A stretch of 64,000 bases of DNA from Patescibacteria group bacterium (GCA_041664365.1 JBAYKW010000006.1:7286-71285); one strand, 5' to 3'; shown: positions 17,834-25,062, counted from the first letter of the stretch. The notes: generated by a model from the letters alone, not told the origin. A program made the numbers and translations.

Positions 17834-17890
17834 GCTCCGACGGCTTCCAGTCGCGCAAGTAGCCAGGATTCAATGTCAGGAGGACGTCCC

Positions 17891-18100
17891 ATGTCGTCGG
17901 AACTCAGGGCAGTGATCATCAAGTACACTGCCATGCAGCTCGGTACGAGCGAGAGTAAAGTCACCTCGGACACGGTGATTCCGGACATCTACTGTCTGGT
18001 CAGATTCGTGTCCATTGAGACCGAGCGGTACGCGAAGAACATCAAGGATATCACCGCGAAGCACACCGTGGCGGAGGCCATCGCATTGTTCGAAGAGTAG
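17891..18100 (+). CDS. ACP-like (phosphopantetheine-attachment-like) small protein, paralog 1, lacking the conserved Ser
   Basis: SD AGGAGG 7 nt before the second ATG (MSSELRAV..). Layout ..IIKYTAMQLGTSESKVTSDTVI..........HTVAEAIALFEE parallels ACP (..IAEQLGVDEEEV...DSLDTVELV...TVQDAIDYI). The DSL serine position reads DIYCL. Confidence 0.5.
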   Translation: MSSELRAVIIKYTAMQLGTSESKVTSDTVIPDIYCLVRFVSIETERYAKNIKDITAKHTVAEAIALFEE

Positions 18101-18133
18101 AGGGCGTTTGAAAGACGAATGAGGAGGGTGTTC

Positions 18134-18340
18134 ATGGACTCAAATCTCAGGGCAGTGATCATCAAGCGCACCGCCCAGCAGCTTGGCGTGAGCGAGGATG
18201 ATGTCGCTATGGACACGGTGATCCCGAACATCCACGCCCTGGTCACAACCGTGGCCGCCGAGACCGGCGAGATCGGTTTCTGCAATGACATCCGAAAGAA
18301 GCACACCGTGGCGGAAGCCATCGCATTGTTCGAAGAGTAG
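18134..18340 (+). CDS. ACP-like small protein, paralog 2 (tandem duplicate; identical C-terminus KKHTVAEAIALFEE)
   Basis: SD GAGGAGGG before the ATG (MDSNLRAV..). About 55% identity to paralog 1. The Ser position reads NIHAL. Confidence 0.5.
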   Translation: MDSNLRAVIIKRTAQQLGVSEDDVAMDTVIPNIHALVTTVAAETGEIGFCNDIRKKHTVAEAIALFEE

Positions 18341-18372
18341 GGGTCGGAAGTCTAGACCCCTTTTTTTATTTG
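18341..18372 (+). terminator. Rho-independent terminator (GGGGTC-ggaagtcta-GACCCC-TTTTTTTATTT)
   Basis: Perfect 6-bp stem plus T7 run, immediately 3' of the ACP-like pair. It directly precedes the P2 promoter. Confidence 0.6.
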
Positions 18373-18374
18373 GA

Positions 18375-18404
18375 TTGACGGAAAATAAGCATTTATGATA
18401 AGTT
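18375..18404 (+). promoter_or_regulatory. P2 promoter TTGACG-N18-TAAGTT (copy 1)
   Basis: Duplicated at 21778-21806 (TTGACA-N17-TAAGTT). Both are followed by GATATRC and a conserved ~60-nt leader ending AAAACGAGGGAGA..CC-ATG. Confidence 0.45.
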
Positions 18405-18476
18405 GATATACCCTTGGCCGTTTCATTGGACTTGGGCCGGTATCGTTGAGGTATTGGCAAAACGAGGGAGAGATCC

Positions 18477-18866
18477 ATGTTCAAAGCCCCACGGCCTTAC
18501 TTTGAGGGAGCGCCTACTACCCCTGAGGAGCGTGCGGTTCTGCAAAATGCCGGCTACGTACACATCACCGGCCTTTGGTGCCACACTCGTGACCATGGTA
18601 TCAGGGAAGACGGCTACTATGTCGGCGAGAAGCTTTTTCACAGTCATCTGGGAACATGGCATGACTACTGCGAGCAGTCGGTGATCGTCACCGAGCGGGG
18701 CGAGGTCTGGCTGAAGAGCGGCAGTGGCGTTGCCTCTGTCGTCCACCAGTTCTGCCCGAACGGGCAGAGTGACTACTGGCCATTCGGCCTGGTTAGGCAC
18801 CAGCCGATCGCCGCGATTACTCGCCGGAGAATCGATCCGAATGATGGTCTGATCTACGTCCCTTGA
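18477..18866 (+). CDS. Hypothetical 129-aa protein, family X copy 1 (MFKAPRPYFEGAPTT..)
   Basis: Paralog of 21875..22261 (about 60% identity). Conserved promoter, leader, SD and terminator modules. About 60% GC. Confidence 0.6.
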   Translation: MFKAPRPYFEGAPTTPEERAVLQNAGYVHITGLWCHTRDHGIREDGYYVGEKLFHSHLGTWHDYCEQSVIVTERGEVWLKSGSGVASVVHQFCPNGQSDYWPFGLVRHQPIAAITRRRIDPNDGLIYVP

Positions 18867-18921
18867 TTGCACATCGCCGTTCATACGGCACCCCGCTAAT
18901 CCAAACTAGCTGGGTATTTTT

Positions 18922-19287
18922 TTAGTCTTTGTTTTCAATTTTCTTCGCAACTGTGTGGTTGAGGTCCTTGCGCCAGTTGTCTACATATGTTTTTGCCCCG
19001 CCCAATAGACCGTCGCAGAATGCGGCTACGTCTTGGCCGGTGATATCCAAAACTTGCTTGCTGTCTGCTGCGCCTTCTTCAAAAAGTCCTAGCACACCAT
19101 CAAGAATATCTATTGTATCCATTCCGCTGCCGGCGGAGAGTTTCCACATATATTTTTTTATCTCATCATATGCAAAATGGTAGTCGTTGGGTAGCTTTTT
19201 GGCGCGTGCTTCCATTCTACGCCATCTCTTTTTATCTCCGGTTACTTTTTTCCAGAAGTCGTTGACTGTTTTTAGTATGTTAGCCAT
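18922..19287 (-). CDS. DUF1048-like protein (PadR-associated)
   Basis: 121 aa, helical. It overlaps the upstream PadR stop by 8 nt. This pairing is commonly seen downstream of PadR-family regulators. Confidence 0.45.
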   Translation of the reverse strand: MANILKTVNDFWKKVTGDKKRWRRMEARAKKLPNDYHFAYDEIKKYMWKLSAGSGMDTIDILDGVLGLFEEGAADSKQVLDITGQDVAAFCDGLLGGAKTYVDNWRKDLNHTVAKKIENKD

Positions 19288-19609
19288 TTGATTGTTCCTT
19301 TAGTTTGTTAATACTTTTTGTGACGAACTGCCATTTTGCCCAGAAGGTGGACAGTTCTTTCCGTCCCGCGCTGTTGAGCGTGTAGAATTTGCGCACCGGT
19401 CCGACGTCGGACGATTTTTTCTTGATGTTTACCAGCTTGCCATTCTCGAGGCGTAGCAGAATGGTATAGACCGTTCCTTCCACCACGTCCGTGAAACCCA
19501 GCTCGCGGAGCATGGATGCTATTTCATAGCCGTAGGTTTCCTTCCGGCTGATGATTTCCAGGATACAGCCCTCGAGTACGCCTTTTAACATTTCTGTAAT
19601 GTTTTCCAA
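19280..19609 (-). CDS. PadR-family transcriptional regulator
   Basis: Winged-helix signature (KGVLEGCILEIISRKETYGYEIASMLRELGF...EGTVYTILLRLENGKLV). 109 aa. Confidence 0.8.
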   Translation of the reverse strand: MENITEMLKGVLEGCILEIISRKETYGYEIASMLRELGFTDVVEGTVYTILLRLENGKLVNIKKKSSDVGPVRKFYTLNSAGRKELSTFWAKWQFVTKSINKLKEQSNG

Positions 19610-19639
19610 AGTATTTCTCCTTTCAATTAAACTTGCTTA

Positions 19640-19690
19640 ATATGTAGTATCACTTACTACCACTACATAGTATCACGTAGTAGATTTGGT
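19640..19690. promoter_or_regulatory. Candidate PadR operator: ATGTAGT-N13-ACTACAT inverted repeat plus 9-bp direct repeat TAGTATCAC x2
   Basis: Sequence ATGTAGTATCACTTACTACCACTACATAGTATCACGTAGTA lies 30-80 nt upstream of the PadR start. PadR proteins bind ATGT/ACAT-type inverted repeats. Confidence 0.4.
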
Positions 19691-19790
19691 GTCAAGGGAT
19701 AGGATTTAGGCCCGCCCGGCTCGCCCTTGGCGATGCCAAGGCGGACGGGGGATAGGGGTGAGGGGTTAGGTTTTTTTAGGGTAGGGTTGC

Positions 19791-19940
19791 GTTCCGCGCT
19801 CCAGAAAACCCGATTACTATAATCCTAGACTGGTCGCTTGTCGGTGGACGTATTCTGAAAACATATGGATTCCCACTTTCGTGGGAATGACAGAGGGAGG
19901 GGTAACACTTGTTATCCTCGGGCTTGGCCCGGGGATCCAT
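19791..19940. repeat. Composite repeat copy D: R1 (19801-19847) followed by R2 hairpin pair (19866-19940)
   Basis: Near-identical in structure to copy B (7925-8029) and, in inverted order, to copy E (26658-26818). Confidence 0.5.
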
Positions 19941-19988
19941 GCAATTAATCTGATGCTGATATTAGCTAAAATTAGCCCTTTCATTATT

Positions 19989-20048
19989 GACCTCGTTAGA
20001 GAAGTTTCTCTAAACGGGGTTGACAAAAACCCAATTTAGGTCTATACT
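19989..20048 (+). promoter_or_regulatory. P1 promoter: palindrome CCTCGTTAGAGAAGTTTCTCTAAACGGGG + TTGACA-N17-TATACT (copy 1)
   Basis: -35 at 20020-25 and -10 at 20043-48. Followed by a ~175-nt conserved leader containing a 10-bp inverted repeat TCTCCTTGTT...AACAAGGAGA. Confidence 0.5.
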
Positions 20049-20222
20049 CTGCAGTTAACATTGAGATACTATGTAATAAATTTAAATCTCCTTGTTTGAG
20101 CCTGTGATCAAGAACAATCATGTGTTCTAACAAGGAGATCTACTCCTTGATAATACCGGCTTCGCAGTCCTACTATATCGATTCTTCACGAGTCCGAGGG
20201 TCCAAGTCCGAAAGGGTCAGTC

Positions 20223-20753
20223 ATGCAAAACAACGCAGGGTCCAAAATGACATTCGCCGAGTCTTCGTCGGCGTACTGGAGGAAGGACACTGTCCCTAAG
20301 CTGATCCCTACGCAGGTCATTGTGACCTTCATCGTGTGGGTGCTCTTCGCCGTCACGGTCAGTTCAATTCCCATCGAGTTGGATGGCCCCGCCATCATGC
20401 TCACGATCGCCATCGCGGTGCTCATGAGTGCGTGCGCGGTTATGACGGCTACCAAGGTCGCGTTTTCCGCCGGCTGGATTGGAACCGTGGCCGCCATGGC
20501 GTTTACCACGATCGCCACTGTCGCTGGTGCGAAGTCCCGTTGGCTTGGAGAACTCGATGCATTCAGGTGGCCAGCTGCGACGGCGATTACGTTCTTAATC
20601 GCGCTTGCGCTCGCGCTGGTGATTGGGAGCATCTGCTTCGCCATCGATGACGGTGACCATGCCGGCTGGGCCCTCAAGAAGAGGATCAGTTTCGCGTGCG
20701 TCGTGCAGTTTCTTGTCACGACGATCCCCCTCATCCTCATTCTTTGGAGGTAA
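20223..20753 (+). CDS. Hypothetical polytopic (4-TM) membrane protein, GC-rich cassette
   Basis: Starts GTCAGTC-ATG-CAAAAC as in the duplicate cassette. 176 aa; Ala/Val/Ile-rich helices. Confidence 0.55.
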   Translation: MQNNAGSKMTFAESSSAYWRKDTVPKLIPTQVIVTFIVWVLFAVTVSSIPIELDGPAIMLTIAIAVLMSACAVMTATKVAFSAGWIGTVAAMAFTTIATVAGAKSRWLGELDAFRWPAATAITFLIALALALVIGSICFAIDDGDHAGWALKKRISFACVVQFLVTTIPLILILWR

Positions 20754-20860
20754 TATCGCACATTTCAAGACCGGAGCATGTCTTTCAAGAACTGCTCACC
20801 CGCCAGGTAACTGACGGGTTTTTTCTTTGCCAAAAAAGTTATTCCTTTAAACGGGCTTGA

Positions 20861-20917
20861 CCCCGTTAGAGAAGTTTCTCTAACGGGGTTGACAAAACCC
20901 TGTTTTAGGTGTACATT
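20861..20917 (+). promoter_or_regulatory. P1 promoter copy 2: perfect palindrome CCCCGTTAGAGAAGTTTCTCTAACGGGG + TTGACA-N17-TACATT
   Basis: -35 at 20889-94. The leader is about 85% identical to copy 1 through to the start codon. Confidence 0.5.
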
Positions 20918-21103
20918 ATGCAGTTAAATAGAATTCTGCAAAGAAACTATATTAACGAATTCAAATCTCCTTGTTTGAGCCTGCGATCAAGAATAATCGT
21001 GTGTTCTAACAAGGAGGTTCGCTCCTTGATAATACTGGCTTCACGGTCCTACTGTAATCGCTTCTTCTCGAGTTCAGAGGGTCCAGGTCCGAAAGGGTCA
21101 GTC

Positions 21104-21622
21104 ATGCAAACGACGAGTTACGCTTACAACCACACAACCCGCGGGAGCATAATGCTCCTGCACATCTACCAGATCATCATGACGGTGGTCGTCATGGCGG
21201 TCTACCTTCTCGCCTACGACAAGATGATTGCCACTGCTGGCCCGCTGGGTCCATTGACCGAGTGTGGGTTCGCGGTGGCTGTCGCCTGCGCGGTCCTTAC
21301 CGCTTCTGCGGCAGGGGCGACGGCTCACGTCGTCTATGGGCGAGGAATCTGGATGGGGATCATCCTGTTCGTCATCGCAGTCGCCGGGGCATTCGGTACT
21401 GCATTCATGACGATCGCTGCGATGGTCGTGGCGCCACCGTTGGTGCCGGCTATCATGATCGTTTCAAGTGCAATTGTCGTGTCACTCGTGGTGTGGTCCT
21501 TGGCCGATATCGGGTCAAAAATCACCCACTCCAGGGACGAGACGCCGAGAAAGATTCTGTCTGCGATCCTGCAGACGATCGTCATCAGTGCCTTCGTCCT
21601 GACGCTCAGGCTCTGGTGGTAG
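21104..21622 (+). CDS. Hypothetical polytopic membrane protein, second P1 cassette (start re-assigned to MQTTSYAY..)
   Basis: The track ORF starts at 20909 inside the conserved leader. The homologous position of the cassette-1 start codon (GTCAGTCATGCAAA) is 21104. 172 aa, 4 TM. Confidence 0.5.
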   Translation: MQTTSYAYNHTTRGSIMLLHIYQIIMTVVVMAVYLLAYDKMIATAGPLGPLTECGFAVAVACAVLTASAAGATAHVVYGRGIWMGIILFVIAVAGAFGTAFMTIAAMVVAPPLVPAIMIVSSAIVVSLVVWSLADIGSKITHSRDETPRKILSAILQTIVISAFVLTLRLWW

Positions 21623-21777
21623 TCTCTCCGCGAGATGTCCATCATCCACCACCCTCATCGTTTGGAGGTGATACATGTACATTCAAGACCGGAGCACGTC
21701 TTTCAAGAACTGCTCACCCGCCAGGTAACTGACGGGTTTTTTCTTTGCCCCCCACACCTGTGAACAAGTGTGGGGGG

Positions 21778-21806
21778 TTGACATAAAATCACCTTTGTGA
21801 TAAGTT
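21778..21806 (+). promoter_or_regulatory. P2 promoter copy 2, preceded by palindrome CCCCCCACACctgtgaacaaGTGTGGGGGG
   Basis: See 18375-18404. Confidence 0.45.
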
Positions 21807-21874
21807 GATATGCTTCTGGAGGCTTTGTCGAACCTGCCGGTATCGCTAATGCCGGCAAAACGAGGGAGAAAACC

Positions 21875-22261
21875 ATGTTCAAAGTGCCACAGCCTTACTT
21901 CGAGGGCGCACCGACGACTGCCGAAGAACGCAGGGTTCTGCAATGTGCCGGCTACATACACATGACCGGCCTGTGGTTCCTTACCCCTGACCGTGGCCAC
22001 GGCGTCCACGTTAATTACATGGGCCAGGGCATCGTCCAGGAAGAGATGGGCACGTGGAATGAATTCGACGGACAGTCGGTGATCGTCACCAAGCGGGGCG
22101 AGGTCTGGATGAAGACCGGCAGTAGTGTGACTTCCGCCACCGCACTGCTTTGTCCAAACGGACGGAGCGACTACAAGCCTTTCACCCAGACTGACCGGCC
22201 GATTGACGGAATGATCCGCCGGATCGCCGATCCGAACGACGGCTTGACCTACGTTCCTTGA
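21875..22261 (+). CDS. Hypothetical 128-aa protein, family X copy 2
   Basis: Paralog of 18477..18866. Conserved 3' module TGATYGCACAYYGCCGT..ACGGCACCCCGCT...GGGTATTTTTTT (terminator). Confidence 0.6.
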   Translation: MFKVPQPYFEGAPTTAEERRVLQCAGYIHMTGLWFLTPDRGHGVHVNYMGQGIVQEEMGTWNEFDGQSVIVTKRGEVWMKTGSSVTSATALLCPNGRSDYKPFTQTDRPIDGMIRRIADPNDGLTYVP

Positions 22262-22381
22262 TCGCACACTGCCGTATACACGGCACCCCCGCTCATACAA
22301 ACAGCGGGTATTTTTTTACAAAAAAATAATCCCAGTCTAAGGATTATTAATAGTATTACGTATTACAATTACAATTTACAA

Positions 22382-22876
22382 TTATAATACCTTGGCGTAG
22401 AGATAAGCGTCATGCAGTTCATCACCGCGCCTGGCCGCTTTGCGCATTAGTCCTTCTTTTTTGTATCCGCATTTGATTGCTACTTTTTGACTGCCGGTAT
22501 TTTTCGTATTCATTTTAATTTCAATTCTAACCAATCCCAGTTTCCGGAATCCAATTTTCTCCAGCAGTTTCACCGCTTTGGTGGTGATACCCCTGCCCCA
22601 ATAGGTTTCGTCCAGAAAATACCCGATCTCCCCGCACAGTTTGTTATCCGGGTTGATTTTAATCCCGCAACCGCCAACCATCTTTGTGCCGTACATGATA
22701 GCGAAGTGCTGGTTCAGGCTTTTTTTATTCTGCTTGGCGTGTTTCTGCAGGATTTTTCTTTCCTCCGCAACTGATTTCGGGCAGATCCGGAAATAAATAA
22801 AATTGGGGTTGTTGAGAATCTCATAAAACCTTTTCGCGTCGGATACTTTTTGTTTGCGGATTGTTACTTTGAGCAT
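22382..22876 (-). CDS. GNAT-family N-acetyltransferase (RimJ/RimL-like)
   Basis: 164 aa; acetyl-CoA binding region (GYFLDETYWGRGITTKAVKLL) typical of ribosomal-protein N-acetyltransferase-like GNATs. Confidence 0.7.
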   Translation of the reverse strand: MLKVTIRKQKVSDAKRFYEILNNPNFIYFRICPKSVAEERKILQKHAKQNKKSLNQHFAIMYGTKMVGGCGIKINPDNKLCGEIGYFLDETYWGRGITTKAVKLLEKIGFRKLGLVRIEIKMNTKNTGSQKVAIKCGYKKEGLMRKAARRGDELHDAYLYAKVL

Positions 22877-22887
22877 TAATTAGTCGG

Positions 22888-23571
22888 CTATGTTTTTTTA
22901 GTACCTTTTTTTACAATTTTTTTCTCAATGCTTTTTAAATCCTGCAGAATATGTTGATATGATCCTATTGATCTCATAACACATAATCCCGGAAGTGTCT
23001 CACCAGTTGCTCTGTTCGGTACATATGCTGAAATTATGCCGGAGAACTTTGGCTCACCATTTTTATCAGCATAAAAAACGGGTCCGCCACTAACTCCATT
23101 AATTGCGACTCCGTCAACTAAATATGATTCTTCCTTGGGAATGTGGCAACTGATATGACCGGAAAAAAAACAAAGATCATTAGCAGCTACGGACGGAAAA
23201 CCGCACCAACCGACTTCAAAACCTTGTTGAAGAATTTCGTCTTTGTCTATCAGGTCCAAAGGTTTTGGTATTATTGGAAGATCCTTATTTTTAAATAGGA
23301 TAAATGCCACATCTTTCTCAGGATATCTTGTAATTGTTCTGTCGTTGTGCTTTAAAAGGACAGATTTTCCTGACTGATGGTGAATAATTCTGATTGGTTC
23401 CTCCCAGTCATCTTCATGAGAAATAACATGATCCGCAGTAGCAATACCAAGGAAATTGGTTTTTTCAGAATAAAAAATCTGAAATCCGGTTCCTGATACA
23501 CTCGGAGTTTTGATTTTGAAAATATATGGTGTAATTTTCATTAAAGGATTATGCCAGTTTATTTGTTCCAT
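22888..23571 (-). CDS. Trypsin-like (S1 family) serine peptidase domain protein, no signal peptide
   Basis: Catalytic triad context: TADHV (His), DVAFILF (Asp), GVSGGPVF (Ser in the GxSGGP motif). Confidence 0.55.
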   Translation of the reverse strand: MEQINWHNPLMKITPYIFKIKTPSVSGTGFQIFYSEKTNFLGIATADHVISHEDDWEEPIRIIHHQSGKSVLLKHNDRTITRYPEKDVAFILFKNKDLPIIPKPLDLIDKDEILQQGFEVGWCGFPSVAANDLCFFSGHISCHIPKEESYLVDGVAINGVSGGPVFYADKNGEPKFSGIISAYVPNRATGETLPGLCVMRSIGSYQHILQDLKSIEKKIVKKGTKKT

Positions 23572-23593
23572 AGATTTTATATAAGAATTAATT

Positions 23594-23866
23594 TTATTTG
23601 TTATTGTGATATGAATTTAACCACCATTTCTTAAATAAAGGAATTGTTAAAGTGGAAAGAAAAAATGCAACGGCAGGGACAATCGCATTAATAAAAGGTT
23701 TAGGCAATTTTGCAAAAAAGAAAAAGATAACTATAACAATATAGGTCAGCAGTAGGATAATAAATTTACGGATCCAGCTGGTTTCCCATGCTTTATCCGC
23801 CTCTACACGTTGATTTCGCTTTTTTATTTCTTCTATTTCACGTTGTAAATCGTCGAATGATGGCAT
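23594..23866 (-). CDS. Small 2-TM membrane protein
   Basis: 90 aa; charged N-terminus then hydrophobic helices. Confidence 0.4.
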   Translation of the reverse strand: MPSFDDLQREIEEIKKRNQRVEADKAWETSWIRKFIILLLTYIVIVIFFFFAKLPKPFINAIVPAVAFFLSTLTIPLFKKWWLNSYHNNK

Positions 23867-23896
23867 AAATATGTACAGATTATCGAAACGGTGTGT

Positions 23897-24988
23897 TTAA
23901 CTAGTTGTTGTTTGTTTTGAATCCTGCTGGATTCGTCGGCAACGTTCCAGATGGTAATCATAAAAAATACATCCCTCGCCGATACAACTGGTACGCGGGC
24001 AGACTTCCGCCAGACGGTTCGGGTCAATTGCTTTTTTCAAAATCTCTTTTATTTCATCTAAACTAAGTCTGGTTGGTGTCACGCCTTCCGGTGCGATCCC
24101 GCCGTTCTGAATGCTGTTGGCGGTCGTATCGTAATACCATTCTTCCACCCCTTTCAGGCGGGCAGATTTTGCCAGTTCATCAATACTGGTGATTTCCAGA
24201 ACTGCATCTTTTTTGCGGGCTTCTTCAATACGTAACATGACAGCGACGTCTTTAAGATTGATATCGCGCATTTGCCTGGTGATCAGGTTCGTGTGTCCTG
24301 AAGATAATCGCTGTACTACCACATCCGCTTTGGTGTCCGGGTTTGCCCTTAGGAACCCCACCAGACTGACGTCGTCATTTTCCACGACTACTATTTTAAC
24401 CAGCTTCTTGCCCTGAAACACTTCAAACTGGTCGGTCTTATTATCCTGCTGGAGTTTTTCCCATTCCTGCGGGAGGACAGTCATTCTTTTCCTCTCTTCT
24501 CTATAATGTGAAACAAAAATCGGCATAACGATATTGATAATCTTCTGCGGTTCACTCTGGTATTCGCGGTTCAGATTCATGATCAGACCGGAAAGTCCAA
24601 AGGCCCGGTCGATCGGATCATTGGAAATAATTCCCTTACCTTCCAGATCGTCTCTTTTGACGTAAGTTAGTAGTTTCTTCAAAGCGGGGTCGTTTTCCAC
24701 TTCCAAGTATTTTGCCACCAAAGTGGTGGCACATTCGCCCGTGTTGTCTTTGCCACCTTCCTGGGTATGGTGGTCGAATTTTCCTCCTCCCATATCAATC
24801 AGCAATATCCCTTCAGCTTCATAATCGTCGGTAGTCTTACCTTCCGGCACGCTGTTCCAGAATTCTATTTTACTATTTCTGACCCCCGGGAATTTTTCTT
24901 CACCAAAAAGCTTCAATAACATGATCGCCACAATGTTGTCCGGATGCGGACGGGGGAAGATTACAATTGTATGGATTGGTTGGGGCAT
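23897..24988 (-). CDS. DHH-family phosphoesterase-like protein (NrnA-like core) with C-terminal Cys-rich extension
   Basis: Motif I-like HPDN, motif II LLIDMGGG, motif III FDHH, DHHA1-like SSGH. The C-terminal CPRTSCIGEGC...C cluster is not typical of NrnA. Confidence 0.5.
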   Translation of the reverse strand: MPQPIHTIVIFPRPHPDNIVAIMLLKLFGEEKFPGVRNSKIEFWNSVPEGKTTDDYEAEGILLIDMGGGKFDHHTQEGGKDNTGECATTLVAKYLEVENDPALKKLLTYVKRDDLEGKGIISNDPIDRAFGLSGLIMNLNREYQSEPQKIINIVMPIFVSHYREERKRMTVLPQEWEKLQQDNKTDQFEVFQGKKLVKIVVVENDDVSLVGFLRANPDTKADVVVQRLSSGHTNLITRQMRDINLKDVAVMLRIEEARKKDAVLEITSIDELAKSARLKGVEEWYYDTTANSIQNGGIAPEGVTPTRLSLDEIKEILKKAIDPNRLAEVCPRTSCIGEGCIFYDYHLERCRRIQQDSKQTTTS

Positions 24989-24992
24989 GGGA

Positions 24993-25062
24993 GGTAGTAA
25001 CTAGTAATTGGTAAGTTGGTAATTTGTAAATAGTAATCGGTAAACGGTAATTGGTAATATTA
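24993..25062. repeat. Degenerate tandem heptamers (NNNGGTA/NNNTGTA x ~9)
   Basis: GGTAGTA ACTAGTA ATTGGTA AGTTGGTA ATTTGTA AATAGTA ATCGGTA AACGGTA ATTGGTA. A second array of the same type lies at 48733-48790. Confidence 0.4.

Noticed and set aside
18423-18884. Antisense ORFs in GC-rich islands (18423..18884-, 17120..17443-, 20186..20761-, 21683..22300-, 25698..26534+, 59278..59556-)
   Set aside because: Same reasoning. The opposite-strand genes carry SDs, promoters and terminators, and are duplicated as units. No SD or start context was found for the antisense frames.
20909-21622. Track start of the second membrane-protein ORF at 20909 (MYIMQLNRIL..)
   Set aside because: The first 65 codons coincide with the conserved non-coding leader that is shared with cassette 1, where the frame is closed. 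The homologous start codon is at 21104.
23833-24027. 64-aa track ORF overlapping the 5' region of the DHH gene and the 3' flank of the small membrane protein
   Set aside because: It overlaps two better-supported genes and has no SD.
24993-25062. CRISPR array interpretation of the GGTAA heptamer repeats (also 48733-48790)
   Set aside because: The period is only 7 bp with no unique spacers, the units are degenerate, and there are no cas genes anywhere in the window.
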